Shown: positions 18,148-26,533 of the stretch, piece after piece
How the letters are laid out: each line of letters starts with the position of its first letter
How positions within the stretch are numbered: the stretch's first letter is position 1
Assembly: GCA_049967475.1 (NCBI GenBank)
Contig: JBMFSQ010000022.1
Span: forward strand, 24,706-58,324
Origin: Chthonomonadales bacterium
Lineage (GTDB): Bacteria > Armatimonadota > Chthonomonadetes > Chthonomonadales > CAJBBX01
DNA: 33,619 nt
Reading direction: 5' to 3'
Translations under genes and position numbers: made by a program
Notes under the pieces: model-generated
What the model saw: only the letters and a program-made list of their open reading frames with translations
Databases searched by the model: none
What the model was told of the DNA's origin: nothing

Positions 18148-20076
18148 ATGGGATGGGTTGTATGGGTATTGATGTTCCTTGGGACCGGTATGACGCACCT
18201 GGCGAATGCCTCTGTGCTGATGTGCTGTAGGCAGGCGCCTGGTCTGCGGGGCGAAACTGAGGCCCCTGGGCGGTCGGTAGGGCGGGGAAGGTCCTCGGCA
18301 TCGCTGGATCACGAGCATGCGCGCCTCACTGCGAGCCCTGTTTCTCCAAAGGATGCGTTCAGCGGCGATGGGCGCTTGGCAATCCGCGTGACCATCAAAG
18401 TGCACGACACATCCCTTACGGATCTCTTGGCGGATTTGGGCGTGCAGACCTCTATCCGCTTCTTCGTTGACGATGCCGTATCCCCGGATCGCGTTACGCT
18501 GTACGCGTATGACCGTCCGTTGGAGGCGTCGCTGCGGGCGCTGGCTCGGTGCTGCAGCTACGCGTGGCGCCGCATCGGCGTCGGGCCGGATTACGCGTAT
18601 GTACTCGGGCGGTCCGCGGAAGCCGATCGGGAGGAAGCGCAATTGCGGCTGCGCCGTCAGGAGATGACTGCGGACGAAGTTTTGTGGGAAGCAGAGGAAT
18701 GCTCGAGGCTGCGCGGAATGCCCCAGGATGTGCGGCGTGCCGAAGCACAGCGCTTGGCCGCCCAGATGGTAACGGCTGGTGACCCGGCAATTCGTTATGA
18801 CCTTGGACGCCGGTACCAGGTTGCCGCTTCTATGGGAACCGAACAGCTTGGCAGGGAGATTGTTCTGGAAGTTCTTCGGGTGATGGGAAGGGACGCAATC
18901 CTCCGCGCGTTTCGGCAAGACGAAGCAGAAATGCGCTTCCCTCCGAGCGCCGGCCTCCTATCCATTCCCGAGAGCGCCGTCGCCGCGGCTGCCAAAGCAG
19001 TAGCTCCTGGGGCTACCATTCGATGGCTGAACATCAAAGTGATGCACAGTCAGGAGCGCAATCCTAGGCTGCGATGGGGGCTCGTCGTTGAAACCGGGGA
19101 TGGAAGGGGCGCGTCCCACAGCGAATATCAGGGCGATTTGCCGGGCTTTCCGATAGAAGAGGCGGCGGCCGACCATCCTCCGGCCAGGGCGTCGCTACCT
19201 TCCGGTTTCAACGACACGGCCACCGTCGTTTTGCAGAGCTTGGTGTCCAAACCGTCGCCAAGGGGCGCAACATACGTGACACGGCCCAGGCTGGGGGATG
19301 GTCTGGATGCGCTCGAGAAGGTGCATCCCATGGATTTGGTTGCGGACGCCTTCGTTTCGGCGCGCCTGCCTCCGTTGGGCAGCATCACGTTGACTGTGGC
19401 GCAATTGCTCGACCGGCTTGCGGATCTTTCCGGGCACTCTTGGCGGCTGGAGGATGGGTTCGTGCAGGTGCGCGCGAAAGATTACGAAGCGATGCGCGCT
19501 TCGGATCCGCCGCCCGATGCCTATGCGCGATGGGTGAAAGCTGCTCAGGGCGATGGGCTCCGTTTGGACGACTACGCAGAAATGGCTGCGCTGAACGACG
19601 CCCAATGGGCAACCCTTTCAGACCTGGCAAGCAGGGGCGACTTTCCCGGCCAACTTTCTGCCGTTGCGCAGGCACGTCCGCACCTGCGTTTGTGGCATGC
19701 CCTGGATCGGAAACTGCGAAAAGCCGCAATGGCCCAGGGCGTGTCCAGGTCACAGATGACAGCCCGGCAGCGCGATCTGCTGGATGCCGCTGCGGGGGCA
19801 GACCCCGGAAAAGTTTGGCGGATGCGAGTGGAGGCCCATTCCGTGCGCATGTTTGCCGTGCGCCAGGGTGAAGGAGGTCTGGTGGCGGACGCTGCATCCC
19901 GCGAGATGGCGTTGCAACTCTTCCGGCGGCGCGATGCCTCCATTCAGACCCAAGACGTGCGGATGGTGGTATTCACTCTATATCGGTTCAATTACGAGAC
20001 GCGCAACGGTGCCACGATCACGCACTTCTTTGTAAACCTGCCTCCACACTGGCAGGATGCTCCTGCGGGATCCTGA
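18148..20076 (+). CDS. Secreted/periplasmic hypothetical protein with two STN/secretin-N0-like domains
   Basis: Hydrophobic N-terminus; RVTIKVHDTSLTDLLADLGVQTSIRF...RVTLYAYDRPLEASLRALA and a second RLGDGLDALEK...VAQLLDRLA...WRLEDGFVQVR unit. Start set to ATG 18148. Confidence 0.6.
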   Translation: MGWVVWVLMFLGTGMTHLANASVLMCCRQAPGLRGETEAPGRSVGRGRSSASLDHEHARLTASPVSPKDAFSGDGRLAIRVTIKVHDTSLTDLLADLGVQTSIRFFVDDAVSPDRVTLYAYDRPLEASLRALARCCSYAWRRIGVGPDYAYVLGRSAEADREEAQLRLRRQEMTADEVLWEAEECSRLRGMPQDVRRAEAQRLAAQMVTAGDPAIRYDLGRRYQVAASMGTEQLGREIVLEVLRVMGRDAILRAFRQDEAEMRFPPSAGLLSIPESAVAAAAKAVAPGATIRWLNIKVMHSQERNPRLRWGLVVETGDGRGASHSEYQGDLPGFPIEEAAADHPPARASLPSGFNDTATVVLQSLVSKPSPRGATYVTRPRLGDGLDALEKVHPMDLVADAFVSARLPPLGSITLTVAQLLDRLADLSGHSWRLEDGFVQVRAKDYEAMRASDPPPDAYARWVKAAQGDGLRLDDYAEMAALNDAQWATLSDLASRGDFPGQLSAVAQARPHLRLWHALDRKLRKAAMAQGVSRSQMTARQRDLLDAAAGADPGKVWRMRVEAHSVRMFAVRQGEGGLVADAASREMALQLFRRRDASIQTQDVRMVVFTLYRFNYETRNGATITHFFVNLPPHWQDAPAGS

Positions 20077-20124
20077 GGCACAACCGTTGGACGGCCTTCC
20101 AACAGCTGCGGGCATTCCGCCCAC

Positions 20125-21294
20125 ATGGAACCCATGAATCGTCTTAACACGAACGTTATTTACCTGGACTATGCTGCTACCACTCCGGTGGACGAAGACG
20201 TGATCGCTGCGATGCTGCCCTTCCTAAGTGAACGCTTCGGAAACCCGTCCAGCATCCATTCTGTAGGGCAATCGGCACGCGCCGCATTGGATGAAGCCCG
20301 CGACGTGCTCGCTGCGGCGCTCCACTGCGAGTACTCCGAAATCACATTCACCTCCGGCGGTACGGAAGCAGATAATCTGGCTGTGGCCGGCGTGATGCTT
20401 GCTGCTCCCAAGAGGCGCAATCGCCTTGTGGTGTCCGCCGTGGAGCATCACGCCGTCCTCCGCACTGCCGATTGGCTGGAGACCATGGGCTTCCGCGTTA
20501 CGCGGCTGGCCGTGGATCGGGAGGGACGCGTGCATCCGGAGATCCTTGCGGCAGCTCTTGATGACGACGTCGCTTTAGTGTCTATTCAGCACGCGAACAA
20601 TGAAATCGGCACCGTCCAAGATGTGCCGCGGTTGGCTCAGATCGCTCACGAGCATGGCGCCCTCTTTCACACCGATGCGGTCCAGAGCATGGGCGTACTC
20701 CCCGTCCATGTGCGCGGCATGAATGTGGACCTTCTTTCCATCTCAGCCCACAAGATCTATGGACCCAAGGGTGTGGGCGCTCTCTACGTACGTTCCGGGG
20801 TGCGGGTGCAGCCCTTGGCATGGGGGGGCGCCCAAGAGCGGGAGCGGCGGGCAGGCACGGAGAACGTGGCCGGGATCGTGGGATTTGCCAAGGCTGTAGA
20901 GATTGCCGTCGCGCGGCGGGAGACGTTCGCCGTGCAGGCACGCGCCTTGCGCCGCAGCTTTGTAGAAGCCCTTCGAACTGCGGTGCCGGCAGTAGAATTC
21001 TATTCCGCAGAACATGGGTGCCTTCCGACGATCGTGAACATAAGCTTGCCGGGAGTGGACGGAGCTGCAGCGGTGGTGGCGCTGGACCACATGGGCATTT
21101 GTGCGTCCTCCGGAGCTGCATGTTCCTCGGGATCTATCGAACCGTCCCATGTTTTGCAGGCGATCGGTCTGTCTCCCCAGAAGGCTGCGGGCGGCATCCG
21201 CTTCTCGCTGGGCCGGTTCACAACCGAGGAGGAGCTGCTGCGGGTCGTCAGCGCGCTCGAGCACATTGCACGTGATCTTGCCCCGGTGCGTTGA
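20125..21294 (+). CDS. iscS: Cysteine desulfurase (IscS/NifS group I)
   Basis: IYLDYAATTP, GNPSSIH, FTSGGTEADN, HTDAVQ, PLP-Lys SAHKIYGPKG, catalytic SSGAACSSG. Confidence 0.93.
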   Translation: MEPMNRLNTNVIYLDYAATTPVDEDVIAAMLPFLSERFGNPSSIHSVGQSARAALDEARDVLAAALHCEYSEITFTSGGTEADNLAVAGVMLAAPKRRNRLVVSAVEHHAVLRTADWLETMGFRVTRLAVDREGRVHPEILAAALDDDVALVSIQHANNEIGTVQDVPRLAQIAHEHGALFHTDAVQSMGVLPVHVRGMNVDLLSISAHKIYGPKGVGALYVRSGVRVQPLAWGGAQERERRAGTENVAGIVGFAKAVEIAVARRETFAVQARALRRSFVEALRTAVPAVEFYSAEHGCLPTIVNISLPGVDGAAAVVALDHMGICASSGAACSSGSIEPSHVLQAIGLSPQKAAGGIRFSLGRFTTEEELLRVVSALEHIARDLAPVR

Positions 21295-21386
21295 CTTGGC
21301 CGGCTGCGGAGGGTTGACACCGGGGGCTCGCGCAAACACCCTCGGCGCCTCGAATTCCACGCGGTTGTAGGAACCAACTCCTGCCC

Positions 21387-22595
21387 CTACTCCCACCTAA
21401 GGGCATCTACAGGGTTCATGCGGGCTGCCCGGATAGCTGGGGCTACTCCGAAGAGGGTTCCGACGGCGAAGCAGACCCCGAAGGCCAAGGCAACAGCCTG
21501 GAAGGTTACCAACGGTCTCAAAGGGGTGTGACTGCTCACTGCAGCGCATGCTGCTGCGGCGACCGCTACGCCTATCGTCCCACCGGTTACAGAAAGGGCG
21601 ACGGCTTCCCACAGGAACTGCAGGAAGATGTCCAGCCGGCGGGCTCCAACGGTCTTGCGCACTCCGATCTCCCGCGTTCGCTCGGTTACCGTTACCAGCA
21701 TGATGTTCATTATGCCGACTCCGGCCACTAAGAGCGACACCGCGCTGATAGCTGCGAGCATCCAGGTGACAATGTTGAAGACGCGGTAGACGGCCCGCAG
21801 CAGCACAGCCTGGGTGAGGATTCCGAAGTCCTCGCGTCCCTGATGATTGCGCAGCAAGATCCCTCGGATGCGGCTGAGCAGCACCTCCGGCGGCACGCGG
21901 TAGTCGGATTTTACCAGGATGCGGTTCACCTGTCCTGCGCGGAAGGCGCTTTGGGCTGCCTCGATGGGTACGTAGATGAGATTGGCAAAGCTGAACATGG
22001 CAAAGAGGGACGCGTCCTCGGGAGCAAGGACGCCCACCACGCGGAAGCGCACACCCTGGACACCAATCTGCCGTCCGACTGCGGCTTCCTTGCCGAAGAT
22101 CTCTTCCTTCGGGTCACTTGACAGCACGCACACTCGGGAATGGCGTTCCTCATCGGTGAAGAACCGGCCTTCGGTAAAGGGCCGCGGCCGGATCTTGACA
22201 ATACCAGGGGTGCAGCCTACCACGAATCCGGAATAGGATCGCCCACTTCGCTCTACGGCCCCGTATATGAACATGAGGGGAACGCATTGGTCTACTCCGG
22301 GCAGAGCCGTAAGATCCCGCACATCTTTCCACGTGAGTGAAGAGATACCGATCATGGACATGGGGTTCGGCTGGCCATTCCTGTCAAGTTTGCCGGGCAC
22401 GACAATCACCGTATTCACTCCGAGCGTCTCGATCTGGCGCCCGATATCCTCCTCCACACCGCGGCCGATGGATACCAGCAGCACGACCGATGCCACCCCC
22501 ATGGCGATGCCAAGCATGGTGAGGACGCTTCGAAGCCAGTTCTCCCGCAGTGCCCGGATGGCGGCGGCGAAGTTCTCGTTGAAGGGGTTCATCAT
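21387..22595 (-). CDS. ABC transporter permease, MacB/FtsX family
   Basis: LRSVLTMLGIAMGV, periplasmic domain, GIMNIMLVTVTERTREIGVRKTVGARR, PAIRAARMNPVDALRWE. Confidence 0.93.
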   Translation of the reverse strand: MMNPFNENFAAAIRALRENWLRSVLTMLGIAMGVASVVLLVSIGRGVEEDIGRQIETLGVNTVIVVPGKLDRNGQPNPMSMIGISSLTWKDVRDLTALPGVDQCVPLMFIYGAVERSGRSYSGFVVGCTPGIVKIRPRPFTEGRFFTDEERHSRVCVLSSDPKEEIFGKEAAVGRQIGVQGVRFRVVGVLAPEDASLFAMFSFANLIYVPIEAAQSAFRAGQVNRILVKSDYRVPPEVLLSRIRGILLRNHQGREDFGILTQAVLLRAVYRVFNIVTWMLAAISAVSLLVAGVGIMNIMLVTVTERTREIGVRKTVGARRLDIFLQFLWEAVALSVTGGTIGVAVAAAACAAVSSHTPLRPLVTFQAVALAFGVCFAVGTLFGVAPAIRAARMNPVDALRWE

Positions 22596-23105
22596 GCACG
22601 CGCCCGCCGCAGATTAGGAATGCGCAGCTCCTTATTATTGGGCTTCGTGCCGGCGCATCCGCACCGTTCCGGTTGGGCAACACGCATTCGGAGGAATAGG
22701 CGATTACTCATGGCCAAAGTAGTGGCACCGGGCACCAACACGGCGTTCAAGTAGGCGCCTCGGGTTTGCGCTCGAGGATTTTGTCCCACACGAGGTCCGG
22801 TGGGTTGGATTGCCCAGGTGTTGCACGGGGTTCTGGGACGTCCAACAACGGAGTGCAGGGCTGCGTGGTCTTCCGGCCACGGCGGCGTCCAGCAGCCTCT
22901 GCCGGTGACGTCGGGATGCAACAGGCATCGCCAAGACGCCGGAGCGCCGCCCAGCGTCTGCCGGTATGCCGATCCGCCCAGGCAGATTGCTCTGCTGCGG
23001 GAACAACTCATGGGGTATGAACGCGAAAGCGCGGATGAGCAATCGTACGGGCATCCGTTTGAATGCTGCATGGAGAGCACGGCATTGCGACGAGAGTAAG
23101 GAAGG

Positions 23106-23180
23106 GGCGGCTGATGGGACTCGAACCCACGACCTCCAGGGCCACAACCTGGCACTCTAACCTGCTGAGCTACAGCCGCC
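23106..23180 (-). tRNA. tRNA-His (GTG)
   Basis: Cloverleaf with 8-bp acceptor stem GGCGGCTG/CAGCCGCC (G-1:C73), anticodon loop TT-GTG-GC, T-loop GTTCGAGTC; followed by CCT, so CCA is not fully encoded. Confidence 0.96.
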
Positions 23181-23191
23181 ATATCAAGGCG

Positions 23192-23264
23192 CGCCCCCGG
23201 CAGGAATCGAACCTGCTACCAAGTGCTTAGAAGGCACCTGCTCTATCCGGTGAGCTACGGAGGC
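23192..23264 (-). tRNA. tRNA-Arg (TCT)
   Basis: Acceptor GCCTCCG/CGGGGGC, anticodon arm GGTGC-CT-TCT-AA-GCACT, GTTCGATTC; no encoded CCA. Confidence 0.95.
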
Positions 23265-23322
23265 CCATAACCACCGCTGCAAAAACATGGTGCACGAGGC
23301 GCGAAACGAGCCCGCAGCACTG

Positions 23323-23352
23323 AGTATATCCCCCCTGCAGCGCCTGTGTCAA
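23323..23352 (-). promoter_or_regulatory. sigma70 promoter of the tRNA-Arg/tRNA-His operon
   Basis: Minus strand TTGACA (23352-23347), 18-nt spacer, TATACT (23328-23323). Confidence 0.82.
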
Positions 23353-23589
23353 CCTGCCTCTGTGCCGCAGGATCCCGGCATACGCGTGATGAAGCGCTCC
23401 CTTAGGGACCGCTCCTTGTGCGGTTTTGAGGAAGAGCCCACGGTGAGGCCGGAATGGAGTGCGGTTCCTTGCCGGCCGGTGCACTACCGGTTGCCGATCC
23501 CTCGCGGCATGTCATCATCGTGGATGCGCGCCGGCCGGACGGAAGCGTGTACTCGGCTCTTCCGCATCATCGCTGGGAGGGTCGGGCTC

Positions 23590-25305
23590 CTATTGGGGCG
23601 CGGCGCCATGCCGCAGCGTGGTCCTCCGGAACAACCTCCCGCTGCTCACGGCGAACAGTTCCTGCAATCCAGCGCCTGCGAAAGCGAGATGCGTAGGGGG
23701 TGCCAACGGAGGATTGCGCATGATGAAGGCGGTTCTGCCTTCCGTGTCGCATACCTGAATCCCTATGTCCGTGCCGATGTAAACGTAATCATCGCGGTCT
23801 TCCGCGGCGGCGCGTGCGTGGATGGCGCTTCCTTCGTCCGGGATCTCGAGCCGGTAGAAGGGTTCCCCGTTGATGAGGGATCCGTCTTGTGCAAGCTGGA
23901 AGGACCACGCAAAGCGACCGGATGCATCGGTCACAGCGATGAAGCCGCCATCGTGGGAAAGGGCGATGCCTTCAGGTTCGGGAATATGCTCACCTGCAGG
24001 ATGGATTGCGCCGGTTGCTTTTGCAATCCATACCAATTGGTGCCGCTTCGTGTCCGTCGCATAAAGGCGTTCCGTGCCTGCGCTTGCAATGCCGGATGTG
24101 TCAATTCCTTTCGCGATCACGCGCCTCTTGCCGTGGGCATCGTAGGTCACTATTTGACGCCCTTCCACTGCATACAGCGATCCGTCCGCCGAAGCGCAGA
24201 GAGCGCGGATAGGAGGCACGTGCGCTTTCCACACCTCCGCCGAACCATCGGGCGCGATGCGCACGATTGCCTTTTGCGCAGCATCGGCGACGTAGATGTT
24301 CCCGGCTGCATCGGAGGCGAGGGCCGTAATCTGCTGGAGCTCCGGATGGATCGGTATCCAATCGGCGCCTGGCGCGAGGATATCGGTGGCCCATTCCCTG
24401 CTCGCCGGAGGGCTGGGCATCGGGATCGGATTGGGGTAATCGCGCCAAAGCCACCGAAGGGCGTCAGGCAGGATGGAGCTGCCGTGAATGTCGTTGTGCC
24501 CTTCTGTTCCGAGAGCGATCTTGTAATCGTAGCCCATATACTCGAAGGCGGCGGCCATGGCCTGGTTTTGTATATACCAGCTGCCGGCATAGGTGTTCAT
24601 GTCGTGTGTTCCGCTCTGAAGGAACACCCGGATGGGCCGAACCTCGGACTTGCGGATGAGGGAAGGATACACGTCGCCCCCACGCAAGTTGGAGAAGCTC
24701 CCGACGAAGCTCAGAACGCGGCGAAAGGCATCCGGGCGGAACCATGCGGCAGTAAAGGAACAAATGCCGCCGGAACTGCCTCCGCAGATGGCCCGATCGT
24801 TAGGGTCTTTTGAGAGGTTGTACTTCTTGCTTACTTCCGGCAGGATCTCTTCGATTAGAAAGCGAGCGTACCGGTCGTTGACGGCATCGTATTCGAAGCT
24901 CCGGTTCGGGCGGCCCTGCAGCCCAGAATGGAGTGGCGGTAGGAAACCTGGGTTTACAAAGATGCCGATTGTAACCGGCATCTCATGCTTGTAGATCAGA
25001 TTGTCGAATACTATGGGGATCCTCCAGCGACTCTGTTCGCTCACGAACCCGCCCCCATCTTGGAAAACCATCACGCAGGCAGGCTTAGCGGGGGTATATT
25101 GGGCCGGGACATAGACCCAGTAATCCCGCACCGTACCGGGGAAGATCTTGCTGACCCAGGTGCCATGGGTTACCGTTCCTCTCGGTACACCAGGGTGCCT
25201 TTGCGCGTCTTCCCCGAGAGGATATTGCTGGGCGCGAACTGAGGATGCCATACAGAGCGTTGCAGCCACAATGGCGATCCCTTCATAAAGCGACAGGCTG
25301 ATCAT
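23590..25305 (-). CDS. Secreted fusion: Fes/IroE-like alpha/beta-hydrolase esterase plus SMP-30/gluconolactonase beta-propeller
   Basis: Signal peptide, RDYWVYVPAQY, MVFQDG, NRSFEYD, nucleophile elbow ICGGSSGG, His in GTEGHN; C-terminal propeller repeats (DAAGNIYVAD, PEGIALSHDG, GIQVCD, HLAFAG). Confidence 0.85.
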   Translation of the reverse strand: MISLSLYEGIAIVAATLCMASSVRAQQYPLGEDAQRHPGVPRGTVTHGTWVSKIFPGTVRDYWVYVPAQYTPAKPACVMVFQDGGGFVSEQSRWRIPIVFDNLIYKHEMPVTIGIFVNPGFLPPLHSGLQGRPNRSFEYDAVNDRYARFLIEEILPEVSKKYNLSKDPNDRAICGGSSGGICSFTAAWFRPDAFRRVLSFVGSFSNLRGGDVYPSLIRKSEVRPIRVFLQSGTHDMNTYAGSWYIQNQAMAAAFEYMGYDYKIALGTEGHNDIHGSSILPDALRWLWRDYPNPIPMPSPPASREWATDILAPGADWIPIHPELQQITALASDAAGNIYVADAAQKAIVRIAPDGSAEVWKAHVPPIRALCASADGSLYAVEGRQIVTYDAHGKRRVIAKGIDTSGIASAGTERLYATDTKRHQLVWIAKATGAIHPAGEHIPEPEGIALSHDGGFIAVTDASGRFAWSFQLAQDGSLINGEPFYRLEIPDEGSAIHARAAAEDRDDYVYIGTDIGIQVCDTEGRTAFIMRNPPLAPPTHLAFAGAGLQELFAVSSGRLFRRTTLRHGAAPQ

Positions 25306-25483
25306 GGTTGAGGGAACTCCTTGCCGGGCGAAATGGGTACCTTGGATTTCACCCGATCTGCCTCAATCCCCTGCTGCAAGCCTAGGGATTGGGATCGGAT
25401 TGCGAAACCGGCGTACAACAGAGTTCGTAGGCCACATAGGCGTGCATCGCTCGCGGGTGGAACGTCAACCGAAAGAGAATGCC

Positions 25484-26533
25484 ATGGCTGTGCGAATGAT
25501 TTGGGCGGCGCTGATCGGGCTAGGAGCGTGCTTTTGTTCCGGCGATCCTGAGCCGCCTGTGCCGGTAATCGGGGTGTCTGTGGACATCCCTGCAGCCGGA
25601 AGTTCCGCATCCGTCGTGCGGGACCTTGCGGCACTCCGGCAGATGGGCGCGCGATTGCTCTACGTTAGCGTTAAGTGGGCCGAACTGGAGCCGCAGCCGG
25701 GCCACTACGTCTTCAAGCCAATAGACGATGCAACAAACGGTGCGCGAATGCTGGGCTTTCGCCTTCTGCTCACCCTGCAAACGATTGACACCAATAATCG
25801 CACTCTGCCGGCAGACCTGCAAACCCTGCCTTTTGGGGACCGGCGCATAGCCATGCGGTTCAGCGCGCTGCTTCGAGCGTTGGCGCCCCGCATCACTAAG
25901 GAAGTGGCGTGGGTGATGTTGGGCAATGAAGCAGATGTGTATCTAGCCGCCCATCCGGCGGAACTGGAACCCTTTGCCGAACTTGTGGAAAGCGGCCGGG
26001 CGGTGCTCCATGCCGCACATCGCGGCGTTGCCGTAGGTGTTACGGCGACTTTCGACGGCGTGCTGAGGCACCCGGCGGTCGTTCGGCGCCTGAACCGGAA
26101 CACGGATGTTTTGGGGCTTACCTATTACCCGTTGGGCGGCGATTTTACGGTGCGGCCGGCCCGGGACGTTGCTGAGGATGTGGATGCGATGGCCCGTTTT
26201 GCCGGTGGGAAACTCATTGTGCTTCAGGAGGCCGGCTATCCTGCCGGGCGCGGGGCCGGGAGTTCAGACGCGGCTCAGGCTGAGTTTGTAGATGCGCTGT
26301 TTGCGGCTTTAGCTAGGCACGCACGCTCTTTCCAGGCGGTGAACTACTTCCTGCTCTACGACTTCGGGAAGGATATGGTCGAGGGATTCGTTAGATACTA
26401 TGGCGTACCCGGGGAGCGGTTCCGCGCCTTTTTGGCCACTCTGGGCCTCAAGCGTGAAGACGGCACGCCGCGCCCTGCTTGGGAGCACTTCCGAAACCAA
26501 CTGACAAGGTGGCGAATGCGCATGCTCCGATGA
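25484..26533 (+). CDS. Secreted clan GH-A-like TIM-barrel protein (putative glycoside hydrolase)
   Basis: Signal or lipoprotein-like N-terminus, KWAELEPQPGHY, acid/base LGNEAD, GLTYYP, nucleophile LQEAGYP, LGLKREDGTPRPAW. Start moved to ATG 25484. Confidence 0.7.
   Translation: MAVRMIWAALIGLGACFCSGDPEPPVPVIGVSVDIPAAGSSASVVRDLAALRQMGARLLYVSVKWAELEPQPGHYVFKPIDDATNGARMLGFRLLLTLQTIDTNNRTLPADLQTLPFGDRRIAMRFSALLRALAPRITKEVAWVMLGNEADVYLAAHPAELEPFAELVESGRAVLHAAHRGVAVGVTATFDGVLRHPAVVRRLNRNTDVLGLTYYPLGGDFTVRPARDVAEDVDAMARFAGGKLIVLQEAGYPAGRGAGSSDAAQAEFVDALFAALARHARSFQAVNYFLLYDFGKDMVEGFVRYYGVPGERFRAFLATLGLKREDGTPRPAWEHFRNQLTRWRMRMLR

Noticed and set aside
21315..21345. TTGACA promoter after the cysteine desulfurase gene
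   Set aside because: No -10 box at a suitable spacing, and it points into a convergent gene.
22690..23099. TAG read-through (pyrrolysine-type) ORF starting at ATG 22710 and in frame with ORF 22800-23099
   Set aside because: The SD-like GGAGGA is 14 nt from the ATG, the product resembles no family I recognise, and no recoding machinery is in view.
23287..24813. 508-aa plus-strand ORF
   Set aside because: Antisense shadow of the esterase-lactonase gene; also covers the tRNA promoter; no motifs.
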